From NCBI RefSeq assembly GCF_009834535.1, contig NC_045696.1:9054001-9118000 (forward strand): a stretch of 64,000 nucleotides of DNA, in the 5' to 3' direction. This document shows, in pieces, positions 36,161-47,870 of this stretch (within the stretch, counting starts at the first letter, position 1; the number at the start of each line of letters is the position of its first letter). Source of the DNA: Camelus ferus (taxonomy: Eukaryota). A program made the translations under genes and the position numbers. A model generated the notes under the pieces. The model did not search any database. It worked only from the letters and a program-made list of their open reading frames with translations, and was not told where the DNA came from.

Positions 36161-36396
36161 GGTGCTTCTTAACTAAAGAGAGGGGCTGAGAGGTGTGGGG
36201 GTAATTTTGCCCCCAGGGCACATTTGGCAATGTCTAGAGACATTGTTAGCGGTCACCACTGGTGGGGAGGTAGGACAGGTGTATTGGCACCTAGTGGGTG
36301 GGGAAGCTTTGAACATACTAAGATGCACAGGCCAGCCTCCCCTCAACGAAGAATCATCAGACCCCAAATGTGAATAGTGATGGGGCTGAGAAATCT
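36161..36396 (+). mobile_element. MER20 hAT-Charlie element
   Basis: GGGGGTAATTTTGCCCCCAGGGCACATTTGGCAATGTCTAGAGACATT...AGATGCACAGGCCAGCCTCCC...AAATGTGAATAGTG. Confidence 0.88.
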
Positions 36397-38299
36397 AACC
36401 ACCAGAATTATGGTAGTTGAGATGCATTTCTGTTTCTGCCTTTTATTCCCTCTTGGTGTTTTAGTTTCTGGAAAGTGCATCCCTCCTTGCCTCCCTAAAT
36501 TAGGGAGACAATTGTGTGTGTCTTCAGAACAGGTACCTGTCAAAGGGTAGATGGAGAATCTGGAAGGGGTTAGAAATTACCATCACAGAGATCACGTTGG
36601 GATCTCCAAGGCCTTTCATGGTCCAGTATCTGTTGTAGGCACCTTAATATTATAAAGATGGATCCTAATCTCTGTGTTATGGGGAGGAGGGAAATATCAC
36701 CTTAAAACAGATGGCCTGAAGACTATTGTAAGGACTTTGAGCATCAGAGGAAAAGGAAAAGACAGAGAGAACCCAGCATGAAAAGTCAAGGCTTGAGGGA
36801 GCATTGAGAGGCACCAGATGAGAGACTGGAGAGAGAAGATAAGGAGAAGGGGTCCTCAGGGCAGAGGTGGGGGCACCACTGAGCTGGTGAGGAGGGTGAC
36901 CAGATGGCTGACAGGACTATGTCTGAAATCCAAGAAGGAAGGTACCCCTACTGAGTCCCTAAGAGAGAGAGAGAGAAGCTAAGCATTGGAGGACTGCATC
37001 AGGGTGGGTCAGGAAGAGCCGTGGGCATGTGGTTGAGACGTCAGAAGGCAGAAGAAGCAAAGGATAATCTAGAACACTAAAGGACATTCATCCAGGAAAT
37101 ACACCCACGCTCAGAAGCAGGACCCTTGGTGCCGGGATCTCCAAGAGGTCTCCAGACGATTTCACACTTAGCCCCCCAGTGCCTGGTGAGCTAATATTGT
37201 CAGGCTGACTTTGAAGATGAAAACATGGAGGCTCAGAGTTTAAATAACACAAAACAAGAATTTTGAAACTTAGAAAGGTTAAGAAAGAAAACCAAGGTTG
37301 CACAGCCAATCACCCTAGCCATGTCAGGATGAAGATGGGATTATGTTTCTAGCTTTCAGCTAAATCAAGAATATATTACCATTCGTTAATCTGCCAAACT
37401 GTATGTAATACTCCACAATTTCTTCCAGCTTGAGCTTGGAGTTGAGCTACTGAGCTGACCACCAACTGGGCAAAAAGAAAGTAGGGAGGCCAGCAGGAGC
37501 AGAAGAGATGGGTGGGGGAGAGGACACCCGAGAGGTTGAGAAGTCCATCATGGGGGGATGCGACAGAAAATCGAACATCAAACCCTTGGTTTAGAGAGTT
37601 AATAATCTAGATTCCAAGCAGAATGGAAGCTGTAGTTAACAAAAAAGCAATGCTTTCCTCAGTTAATGCAACAGACAGATGAGCTGGGGGTCTACACTCC
37701 CTTTTTCTCACTTCCTCTGTGTCTTTTAAAGTGACCGTAGAACCAGATTCTCAACCATGTCACCAGCACCCCCCATTTCCCTGCCCAGTGTCTTCTGATC
37801 CTAACACCTAGGGGGCCAGGTTCATCGCACACTGTGAGACACGTTAGGAATGACCCATCAATAAGTGTACTGGACAGTTGATGTGTGTGTGACACAGAGT
37901 GAGAAAATAGTTTGCAATACAAAGATCACGTGGCATGAAGCGTCTCTCAAGAAGCTTACCATCTAGGAAGGCAAAGCAAAGAATCAGAAATAGTCAGTGA
38001 ACAAAATGTGACTTGGCTAGCACAGCCTAACACAAGGGCCGCCACCGAGCAGGGACGTATCTGATGGCTGACTGTGAAGCAGGGAGCTGACGAGGGCTCA
38101 GAGAGGAAGGAGAAGTCATTTTATCCAGGGCTGGGGAAGACCAAGGAGACCCAGGGAGTGAGGCAGCTGGTCAGACTGGGTCGGGCAGTGTTCCGGGGCG
38201 ATGAAGAGGCCTCCCTGGCTCCCTGGGGAACAGCGAGATGGAAGGCAGATCTTTGAATGCTGCGGTGAGAACGCTGGGCCAGAACTTGCAGACCAGGCA

Positions 38300-38420
38300 G
38301 TATATAAGAATCCCCTGGAGTGTCTGTTAAAATGCAGATTCCTGGGCCTGAACTCCCGTGAGAGACACAAGGCCCAAGGGCCCGAGAATCTGCATTTTAA
38401 CAGCCATGTGATTTGGAGAA
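38300..38420. mobile_element. MER5A fragment
   Basis: AGAATCCCCTGGAG...TGTTAAAATGCAGATTCCTGGGCC...GGGCCCGAGAATCTGCATTTTAACAG. Confidence 0.8.
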
Positions 38421-39212
38421 ACACACACTAACAGGAAGCCTGTGACTGGTTCTGCTGAAGTCAAAATGGAGGCTTTGCGAAATTTCAGGGCTTAGCAAAT
38501 TATGCAGAAGCCTTTTCTACGTCGGACAGCACTGCCTCCAGCAGGACCCCTACATTCTAGATTGTGAGTCTTCTCTTGCAATTTTATGCCCAAACCATGA
38601 TTTTCTAGTCTAGTCTCTCAGATCATACTTTGTGCTAACTGAACGTGACTCAAAAACATGTGCTTTAAAGTGGCGGGCACTTTAGAGGAAAGACCCTGCA
38701 GTTAGTCTGAGATCAAGTTCTGTCTAGGATATTCATAGATGTGCTCCAAATTTGGTACTGCTACACAAAACTATACAGCTTCTCAAAAATACGGACATTC
38801 ATTGAATTCCAACTATGAGATGCAAATATTTTCCTCAGTAAGAAAGACCCCGACCAGGTTGGAGAGTTTTGGGCGAGTTTTTTATGTCCCACCCATCCCC
38901 CACCATCTCTTGGCTCAGAATCTAATCTAGACTCTTCTGAATCCCTTAAATTGTTCACAGCTAGGACTTAAGAAATCCTTAGCTCTTTCAAACGTTCCCT
39001 CTCTAGCAAAAAAGGAGGTTTCTTTTCCACCAGCGAGGTGGCTTGTGTTGAACCAGAACCCTGGGAATAACTACAGCTGGGCTGAGATATTTGCAAGGTA
39101 CCCATTAGTATTCATTCTAATGCGGGATCCTCTGCACGTGGCTTATAGCCAGTACAGAGGCTGGAGATGAGAAATTTATGGAAAATGATTGGACAGGAAT
39201 CTCCCCAAACCT

Positions 39213-39375
39213 GGCCATTCAAAGCGTGGTCTTTGGACCAGCAGCTGCAGCATCACTGGGAACTTGATAGAAGAGCAGACTCTCAGGCCCCGTCCGAGAT
39301 CCGCGGATTTAGAGTCTGCATTTTCACGGAAGCTTCAGGTGATCTGCGTGCACATTAACATTCGGGGAGCACTGT
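39213..39375. mobile_element. MER5A element next to the +23 enhancer
   Basis: TCAAAGCGTGGTCTTTGGACCAGCAGCTGCAGCATCACTGGGAACTTGATAGAAGAGCAGACTCTCAGGCCCC...TCTGCATTTT...CAGGTGATC...AGCACTG. Confidence 0.85.
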
Positions 39376-39559
39376 CCTAGATCTCCAAGCTGTCCCCCAC
39401 GATTGGAGCCGCTCTGCCTGGGGAGGCGTGCAGAGCGGCGGCAGCGGAATCAGTTGCAGGGCGGGGTGGGGGGTGGCGGGCACGGCCGGTTTCACTCCCT
39501 CCTGCCTCCTCGCCCTTCTTGATGTTCTCCCAGCGGCCGCACCTGCAGGGGTGCCGCTT

Positions 39560-39850
39560 CTCTGGGAAGCCTCTTGAAACCGAGCCCCCGGCCTTGCCTC
39601 TAGGGTGGGGCTGCACTACCTCTTTTCTCTCAAAGAGCCTGGGATGCTGACAGCCTCAGATGGAGGCATCCTGTTTGTCGAAAAATAAACCGGCAGTTAA
39701 AGCAGGGTTGCGAGAGCGAGAAAACCACAGGCCTGCGCGCGGCTGATAACGCGCAGGCAGGCAGCTTTTGCAGAAGTTCCGTCGCTGCAGCGCGCCGAGC
39801 CCCAGGGCCCGCTCCACCGCCTCCTTTCCTGTCTCCGCCGTTCGCGTCCC
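39560..39850. promoter_or_regulatory. Ortholog of the Runx1 +23 (+23.5/+24, eR1) haematopoietic stem-cell/haemogenic endothelium enhancer
   Basis: About 21 kb downstream of the P1 ATG. CTGCACTACCTCTTTTCTCTCAAAGAGCCTGGGATGCTGACAGCCTCAGATGGAGGCATCCTGTTTGTCG...GGCAGTTAAAG...GAGAAAACCACAGGCCTGCGCGCGGCTGATAAC matches the recalled enhancer core. Motifs: ETS-like GGATG 39642 and CATCCTG 39667, MEIS TGACAG 39648, E-box CAGATG 39657, MYB CAGTTA 39694, RUNX AACCACA 39723, GATA TGATAA 39744. Locally CpG-rich. Confidence 0.88.
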
Positions 39851-40269
39851 CGCCGTTTCTGGCTGTTGCCTCTGCGTCGCTCTTTCAGTTACTTCACCCA
39901 TTTTTTTTTTTTAAATAAAGGATCCCCTCGCTGCTCCCTTACGAGGGATGGAGGAACGACTCCCGGGGCGGATATACACGCAGATCCCGGACAGGGACGA
40001 AATTTACGAGCTGTCATGAAAATGACAATTTAGGAGACGCTAAAGTTTCTCTCTCCTCTGCAGTATGTAACGCTTTGACCTGGATTTCAAAAACAAAGAC
40101 AAAGAAAAAGCAACCCAGATGAGACGCAGAAGACCAAACTCTCGTGTAAGAGGAACCCCCAAGTCCAATATCCAGATTGTTTTCTTCCTTGGAGTAAGCT
40201 GACCTGGCCTGATTCCATGCGGTGAATAACTAATTACCAATCTTCCCCTTTTGGGGGATATTAAAAGCT

Positions 40270-40350
40270 CTTTCCCCATTCGCCTGTTATCAGATAAGCA
40301 AGCAGATGAGAAGTCAGTGGGTAACCACAGGTACAACCACAGTATTCGCT
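40270..40350. promoter_or_regulatory. Candidate GATA/E-box/RUNX enhancer module just downstream of +23
   Basis: Double GATA TTATCAGATAA 40287-40297, E-box CAGATG 40303-40308, and RUNX AACCACA at 40323 and 40335, all within 55 bp. Confidence 0.65.
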
Positions 40351-41399
40351 GGAAACCAAACGACTTGACCCTCCAAGGCAAAGGGTGTAATTGAGAATTA
40401 GCCTGAAAATAGGTTCGCACAAGCTACAAAACTCACTGTTTTTCAAGTCAGTAACAGGGACTTCTCTGAGTGTAAAAAGAACAAGCACCCCCCCCGCCCC
40501 AACATCTCAAGTCACAGAAAATGGCTCCTACTGGGGCTGATTAAAAGTTCCACTGGAGGGGCCACCCTGCTTCCAAGGGGGCGTTACCGGTTGTTACTGG
40601 AGCTTCTGACTAGTCTTCCTAAGGCTCTCATCCTGAAGTTGCAAATTTGGTTCTATTATTCCTCTTTCTCCAAAAATGCTGCGGAGAAACAGACCATCTG
40701 CATTTATTAATGTTTCTGTGTTCACAGCGATAAACCACCAGGGGTTAATAAGAATCTACCTATTTTTAAGGATTTCCAGAGAGCTGCACCATTTTTCCAT
40801 TTCCTCCCCTAGAAACTTCTTCAAATTTACTAACTCTTCTGTTGAGCAATTCCCTATGGGAAATCACTCCTCACGCCTCTTATTAGAAGGCTCCTGTTCC
40901 CATTTCTAAGGCCTTTTGTTCTTTTATCCCCTGTATGGCCTCCTGCTGTATTGCCAGCATTCTGCTGGTTCAAGTTCTCTTGTTGAGCCCCATACACTTT
41001 GACTAATCTAGGTATAGACTTATAACAACAAATAACTCAGCTGTATGGTGAAATAAAGGAATGAAAACTCAAGTTAAAGGATGGTTAATTCTTAGGGACA
41101 GAGGAGAGGATTAGATAAACCAGCGGGAGCCACGTAGGAAGGGAGAGGTTGGGTCTAGTGGGGAACATTCTCCTAAGACTAGTATACACTGTGGGAGGGT
41201 CTGCTGCTCAGGTCAGGAAGGGCCAATGGAGAGCTTTGAAAGCACTGAAGAAGGAACTTACTTTAGTGAGCAGTTGCCCAAATTGATACATGATTACTTT
41301 CGTTATTTACTTTGCAGACATTATTGAAATGTCTTAAATGGATTTCTCGCTCCTTTAAAAATTATCATAAACAAATGGATACAAAGATTGTGAATAGAA

Positions 41400-41860
41400 A
41401 ATAACAGATCTGATTTTAACTCTATATTCTGGAATTTACACATCTCTAATTGCAGTGTCCTTCAAAGTAACCCCCTGGGGAAAATATGCCATCATTCCAA
41501 CAGCTCCATTATTGTTGTAAGCCTTTTTGGAGCTGCTCTTTTGAAATGACTCTCAGGGCAGTTTATTGGTTAAATAAGTAAAATAATCTGACTTTTAGAT
41601 CCACCTCACTTTTGACCCAGACAAGCATTACCAGGCTTCATTAGCTAACTTACTTATCACTAGTCTCCATCTTAAATGACATCTGGCTGTTTCGAAAAAT
41701 CAAATCCATCGTTGATGTTCCAGACATTGTGGTTATTCCAGAGAATACGCTCCACCCTGGGCATGCTTTTCTGAAAAAAGAATTACAGCTGGATGCTGAG
41801 AATTTCAGCATCACCAGAATAGAATGCAAAGTTGCAAAGTATTTAGGTTGAAAGAAGCAA
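41400..41860. mobile_element. Decayed mariner-derived element (MARNA-like)
   Basis: CCTTCAAAGTAACCCCCTGGG...ATTCCAACAG...AAATGACATCTGGCTGTTTCGAAAAATCAAATCCA. Confidence 0.55.
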
Positions 41861-42179
41861 TATTGTCAGCCTGCAACCTCTTCTATAGGGTCTAAAAAGT
41901 CAACTTCAACTTATAGCCACACCTAGTTAAAAAGAAAACAAAACCCCAAAATTAGCCAGCCTTATGCTCTAATGGAGTGATGTAGTACCTTTAGATTACT
42001 TGCACTGGCTTGGAACTTTACTGTCTAACTGATCCTCACTGTTTAAAAAGTTCAATGAACAAAGTGAAGAAAGTGAGTTGAAATACTGTGAAGTCTCTCA
42101 GGGAATGCTAAGAGATTAACTATAACCCGAGACGTGCTCTGATTATTAATAGCAGGCTGATAAATTCATTGAGTTGAAT

Positions 42180-42556
42180 CAGGGTATTGGTTTGGCTGCT
42201 GTAATAGAGATTCCGAATTATTGGGGCTTAAGATAAAAGTATGCTTCTCTCTCTTGCAGAAGTCTGGGTAGGTTGGTAGGAGATCTTCACTGACAAGGAA
42301 ACAAGTCTCTTTCTCCGGAACACCTGGTTCTTACCTTATGGTTCACAATGGCTACTCCATCCCCCAGCATCACATCCACATTCCAGCCAGCAGGAAGGGA
42401 AAATATGGAAGGGGAAAATCTATTCTTTCCCTTTAAGACCAGGCTTTGAAATTTGCCACAACACTCCTGCTCACAATCCATTGACCAGACAAATGCCTAG
42501 AGGTCACCTAGCTGTAAGGGAAGCTGGGAAATGTAGGCTTTTGCTGTGCCAAGCTA
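42180..42556 (-). mobile_element. Old MLT1 (MaLR) LTR
   Basis: GGCTGCTGTAATAGAGA...CAGCATCACATCCACATTCCAGCCAGCAGGAAGG...CATTGACCAGA...CCTAGCTGTAAGGGAAGCTGGGAAATGTAG. Confidence 0.8.
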
Positions 42557-42940
42557 AATATATATATTTATGGCTATTTATATTTAATATATTAGCATAT
42601 TTATATTTAATATAAATATATACAATATGTAAAATGTATACATTTAATATAAATAAATGCTATAATATATAATAATTTAATACATAGTAAAATGTTTGAT
42701 TTAATATATAATTGTATAATATATTGCCATATAAAATATAATTATATAATTATAATACAATAGAAATAGAGTAATATATATTATAAATATATTAACATAT
42801 ATTACTGTGAACATAATAATTAATATAGCTCAACATATTAATATAAGATTAGTATGTTAATATAATATATAATAATATAATACACATCAACATCTAATCA
42901 ATATGTAGTTAATATATTTACATTTTAGATTTTATCTCTA
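42557..42940. repeat. AT-rich low-complexity tract (degenerate TA/TAA repeat)
   Basis: About 380 bp that is almost entirely A/T. Confidence 0.95.
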
Positions 42941-44007
42941 TATGATCTCTATGTACAAAAGAAGCAGTCTGACATACAGGAACGTCTGACGCCCTCAGAG
43001 GTCCCCGTGTTCTCTCCATGCATCCTCAGTCACACATACTCCCCAGCCGTCACACTGTGGACCAGGAGATGCTGACCCGGTTCCTGCACACCACACCACA
43101 ACCTTTTGAACACACTCTGGCTTCGGTCCCACTTAGATCCAGATGCATTTGCACGTGGGGCACGCCCAGGAGAGAAAGCAGGGCTGCTCAGCTGGGGCAC
43201 CAAGTGCAGGAAGGGCCTGTGTAGCCGGAGGCCCCTTGGCCCCTCGGTGGGAAAGGGACCCGTCCATTGGCAGCCCCCACTGCTTGCCAGGCAGCAGGCT
43301 GCTTCAGCTCGATTCGCTCACCAAACGGGGAAGGAGAGAGATTTACAGGGGGCCAAGGAAGGGCAAACTTTGTGGGTGAAGACGAGCCTCTTCTTCCCAC
43401 AGCCAAGACAGATGGGTTTCAAGCAAGTCATCACGCCTATACCATCTCATGAGTCGCTTGCTAATTTTCAGGAATTTTGCACGCTGGCAGTTAAACACAG
43501 CTGGCATTCAAAATGGAATTTATATCAACTCTGACCTCAACAAATTATTTTACAACCAATATACTAAGTACTCGAAACTCATCACTGCCTGATTATCTTA
43601 CTAGAGTTTGCGATGACCTGTTCTCAAGGTCATTTGTGCCGGTGTCTCTAAGTGGAGGAAACACTATCACGAGGGCTGCGGTGATGGGGGGTCTGTACCG
43701 ATGAGTGAGCGCTGAAATCTACTAATGTCTAGCAGGCTTTTTGGCCTGGAGACCTGTTGTGAAATCCTCCCCAGCACCTGCTGGTTCGGGGCTGGGAGAG
43801 AGCTGCCCGCTTTCCTTCGACATCAGATGCATTTCAGGCTATCCCAGGGTGTTGGAGAGGATGGACCATGGGCTCCATCAAAGTAAGGCCAGAAAGCAGC
43901 CTCTTTATCCCCTACCCCCAGCCCTTGATTGCACACGCCCAGCACTGACTCCTCCACTCCGTTTATCCTGTTCAAAGGCAAGCCAGACTCCTCATTTTTT
44001 CTCTTGA

Positions 44008-44299
44008 TTTTTTTTTAATTGAAGTATAGTCATTTTACAGTGTTGTGTTAGTCTCTGGTATACGGCATGGTGACTCAGTTATACAGACACGTTTTTCTTT
44101 CGTATTCTTTTTCATTATAGGTTATTACGAGTTATTGGATATAGTTCCTGGCGCTATACAGTAGGATCTTGTTTTATATAGTAATCTGTATCTACAAATC
44201 CCAGACTCCCAATTTATCCCCCCACCCTTAAAGACAAATACTGTATGATATTACTTATATGAGAAATCTAAAAAAATCACACAAATGAACTTATTTACA
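44008..44299 (-). mobile_element. L1 3' end with inverted 5' segment
   Basis: 44008-44228 is minus-strand L1 3' end. 44230-44299 (AAAGACAAATACTGTATGATATTACTTATATGAGAAATCTAAAAAAA...AAATGAACTTATTTACA) is plus-strand upstream L1 sequence, comparable to 2645-2712. Confidence 0.88.
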
Positions 44300-45224
44300 T
44301 ACTGCTTTCTCTAGTGCTGTTCCTGAACCACAGGACCACCAAGCGGCTCCCTCAGGAGAGTTACTATTACCCACACTCCATCTCAGCTACCCACTAACTG
44401 GTGCTCGGGCCAGATTAGAGTGATGGTCCCTCGGCAAACTGCTTTTGATACTCAGCTTGCTGGTGTCAAAGAATAAAAACATGTATTTCTCACTGATATG
44501 CCTGTTAGGGGACCATTTTCACCTGTTCCTGGAGCCCTTGCCAGGTTCATAAATGGCACTCGGAAACATGGAGATAATGGCTCTGAGCATCCTTTTGCCT
44601 TGGTCCCCCTCCCCCTGGGGGAGAAGAGGCACATCTGATGGGAGCCACTGGGCAAGGCGCTCTTGAAAACAGGCTGCCAGGAATCCATACATGTTCTGCT
44701 CCTGTTTCCTTGGACGATGCTCCAGGCAGCCTGCTGTCCAGAGTTCCTGCTCCTTCCCCAACTATGACCCATCTTAGAGCTCAGCAGGGATGAGGAATGC
44801 AGGGCCTTGTAGCAGGCTTTGTGGGTCCCTAGGGATGCTTTCCCATGGTCCATGCCTGGGGAGGAGGGGACTGGAAGAAACTCCAGCTGGACTCCTGACC
44901 TCAGAACTAAGCTACCTGCTCCAGCCCATCTCTATAAGCAAAATGCTGATACCTTACATCTCTGTTTGGTTCTAGGGTCAATTTTCCAGTTGCTTCAGCT
45001 TGAAGCAGGAGGGCAGTAGTGTTTGGGTAGGCATGTTTCTGTCATGTCCACACCCACAAGTACACATAATAGTCTTAGTGCCCTATTTAAGTGGCTATAT
45101 TTCAAGTTTCTGTGATAGTTGCTTATCTCACAAATAACAAACAAATAAAATTTCCCCAATAGAGGAAAAAAAATCACTGCCCAGAAAGTGAGGACCATCT
45201 CATTTGTTGCTTAGTTCACAGACA

Positions 45225-45400
45225 CTCATCTAGCACTTGCTACATGCCAGACATTGTTCTAAGCACTTTGCGAGTGATCACTCATGTAATCCCCCAAGCA
45301 ATCCTTCCGCTGTAGATACTGTTACTAACCCCATTTTACAGATGGGGAAACTGAGGAGGAGATGGGTACTCAGGGTCTCAAGTTCCAACTCAGTCAGCTG
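45225..45400 (-). mobile_element. MIR SINE
   Basis: TGCCAGACATTGTTCTAAGCACTTT...CCCATTTTACAGATGGGGAAACTGAGG. Confidence 0.88.
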
Positions 45401-47649
45401 TCTTCCGGGTTCAGTTCCACTTTGCCTAAGCGTGGCACAACACTGAAGGCCGAGGTGCCCAGGGGGCTCAGCCAGGTGTGGTGTTCTCTCTGGAGAAAAG
45501 CCACATGTGTTGCAGACCCCGCCACAGTCAGCTCCCAGGCGCGGCTGCCAGCCAGCATGCAGGTAAGCTGGGGATCACGTGGGGCCTCAAGATCCTCTGT
45601 GCACCCGCTTCCCCACCTCCACGCAGATCCGGGGAAGCATCCCCAGGAGTCACAGATAGGCTGGGGGTGGGTGGTGGAAAGAGGAGGGGGAGCCTTCCCA
45701 CCACCCTTCTCGAAGGCCACCGACAGGGACTCAGATCAGAACCTTCTGTGAGATTCCACGGAAGCAAAGTCTTCTTGTAAAAGCTGTAGTTAAGTTGTAT
45801 TTCTGTCACTATTTAAGGGCATTAGTTAAGGCTTCCATAACCTCCATGAATTTAGTCACTTTTTTTTTAGAATTAAGATTTCTACCTACACCTGGGCCAA
45901 GCCCATGGAGAATCCTTCTTGGCTTAATTCTAAAACAGAGACACAGCATGGGGTAAGAGGAAGAAGTCTGTGCCGTGGCAGGTGACATCTGCAGCTTCCT
46001 CTTCCTGGTCCTCAAGACAACAATGAGACTAAGAAAGCCACCGGGACCAGGGGCCTGCATTTCTCTGGGGAACATGGAAATTCTTTTGCATAACCAAACC
46101 CTTTCAGATCTCATTGCCTTTAACTTTCTCCTCCTTGTTCTCACCTCTGCAAAGAACTTGACAAAGCATCTCAGGAACATTCATCAGAAATTAGGATACA
46201 CTGAATCTTTCTTTGGTGGCCACTTTCTAAATGAGGACCAACGAAACCCAACCATTAAATCATTGAGTTTTCCCCCAGGCGCCATTGCAGCCCGGGATGT
46301 ACGTCTGCTAGTAACTGGATGCTTCTGTGATCACACACACACACACACACACGCAGGAGATCTGTGTGTTTCCAGGCTCTCTGGAGAGTAAGGTCCAGGA
46401 GGAAATGACAAAAACTTTCTACAGAGACAAAACCGTGTTCTTTCTAGTTCAAAACCACTTCCAAGTTTTAAGGATTTAGGGAATAATCCATTTTCAGTTC
46501 TTTCTTTGCCATCTATACAGTATGGAATCATTTGTGGGGAGGGCATTACTTCTTCTGATGTTTTCCATGTTTGAAAAATCTGAAATTGGGAAACCCTAGG
46601 ATCCTGGTACGCCCGGGACTGTGCAAATGGCCCATTATCTGCTGACAGTGCCCTGCTTTGCCATGAAAATGAGGTCTTGCTGATAAGCAGCCCTCTGCTA
46701 GAATATTCTGGGTGCAGGAGAAAGTTGGCACTGTGCGCCAGCAAAGCAGTAGACGAGTCTCGCAAGGAGTCAACGCGCAAAGAGCAGAATTAACTGTCCC
46801 TTTGTTCCCGGGATGGTCTTGGCTGCTGTAGGTTTGGGTTTATGATTAACAAGAGGCTCGCTGGCAGGTTGTCTGTCAGTCCTGTTCCCTGGATGGTTGC
46901 TGAGAAAGGCAGCTAACTCATCTTTCAGGGGCAGGGGCCTCAAGGAACTTCACCTCGTTTACTTCCTGCGACTCTAAAACGTTTTACCCAAGTGTCAGCA
47001 AGCTCGATATTTTTCCAAAGACCTTTCGGACTTTTAAAAAGACGCGCAAAATCATTTTTATTTCCTAAGCCTTAGCATTTTATATCCTTTCGTTGCTAAC
47101 TCGCTCTGCACATTGACCATATTATACTGGGCCTCCTGTAGACACAAAAGAGACCTATGTAGTTTGTGTCCCCAGCAGCTACCATATGGCTGGGGACAAG
47201 ACACAGGCATGTGGACTAGCTGGGTGGCATCCTAAAACCTGCACGGGACTGAGCGGTACCCACCATCACGGTGTGGCAGTTTAAAGAGCTGGCAGGTCGC
47301 AACGTGGCTGGAGCCATTACAGAGGCCTCAGGATTTAAACATTAAGAGGAGAGCAGGGAAAAATAATCCAGGAAAGGGGAACAGCGTATGAAAGGCAGGT
47401 ATGAGCGCATGGTTGAATAGGATGAGACTGTCTGTGTCCCCTTGGTGGAGAGAACTTGCCCGTCTCACCTACAGTGAGATACACAGATGGCGGCAGTTGG
47501 TGGGGGGGTTCCAGTGTGCCAGGTACGACATCAAACATCGGTGCTCAAAGCAAGTGTGAGAAAACTCATCACAGGGTTTACCTGGACCAAAGTCAGCTGC
47601 CTACCAGGTGTGCCTAATGGTCATACAGGCAGGAGGAAGCAAAGGAGCA

Positions 47650-47870
47650 TCTGCTGAGCACCTACTGTTTTCCAAGCCCTGGATGAGAGGATTGTTTCAT
47701 TTGCATCATCTCCCATTCACCTCACAAGAACCCTGTGGGGTAGGTGTTGTCCCCATTTTAGAGATGAAGAAACCAAGGCTCAGAGAGGTAAACAGATCAC
47801 CCAAGGTCAAGAGCTACTTAATGACGCAGCATTCACAGAGAGTGAAGCTTGGGTCTTTATGACTCCAACA
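47650..47870 (-). mobile_element. MIR SINE
   Basis: TGAGCACCTACTG...CCCATTTTAGAGATGAAGAAACCAAGGCTCAGAGAGGTAAA...CCCAAGGTCA. Confidence 0.88.

Noticed and set aside
28800..46710. CTCF-like motifs (CCTCTAGGTGGA ~28805, CAGCGAGGTGGC ~39031, GCCCTCTGCTAG ~46690)
   Set aside because: Each mismatches the core consensus and cannot be told from chance without PWM scoring or ChIP data.
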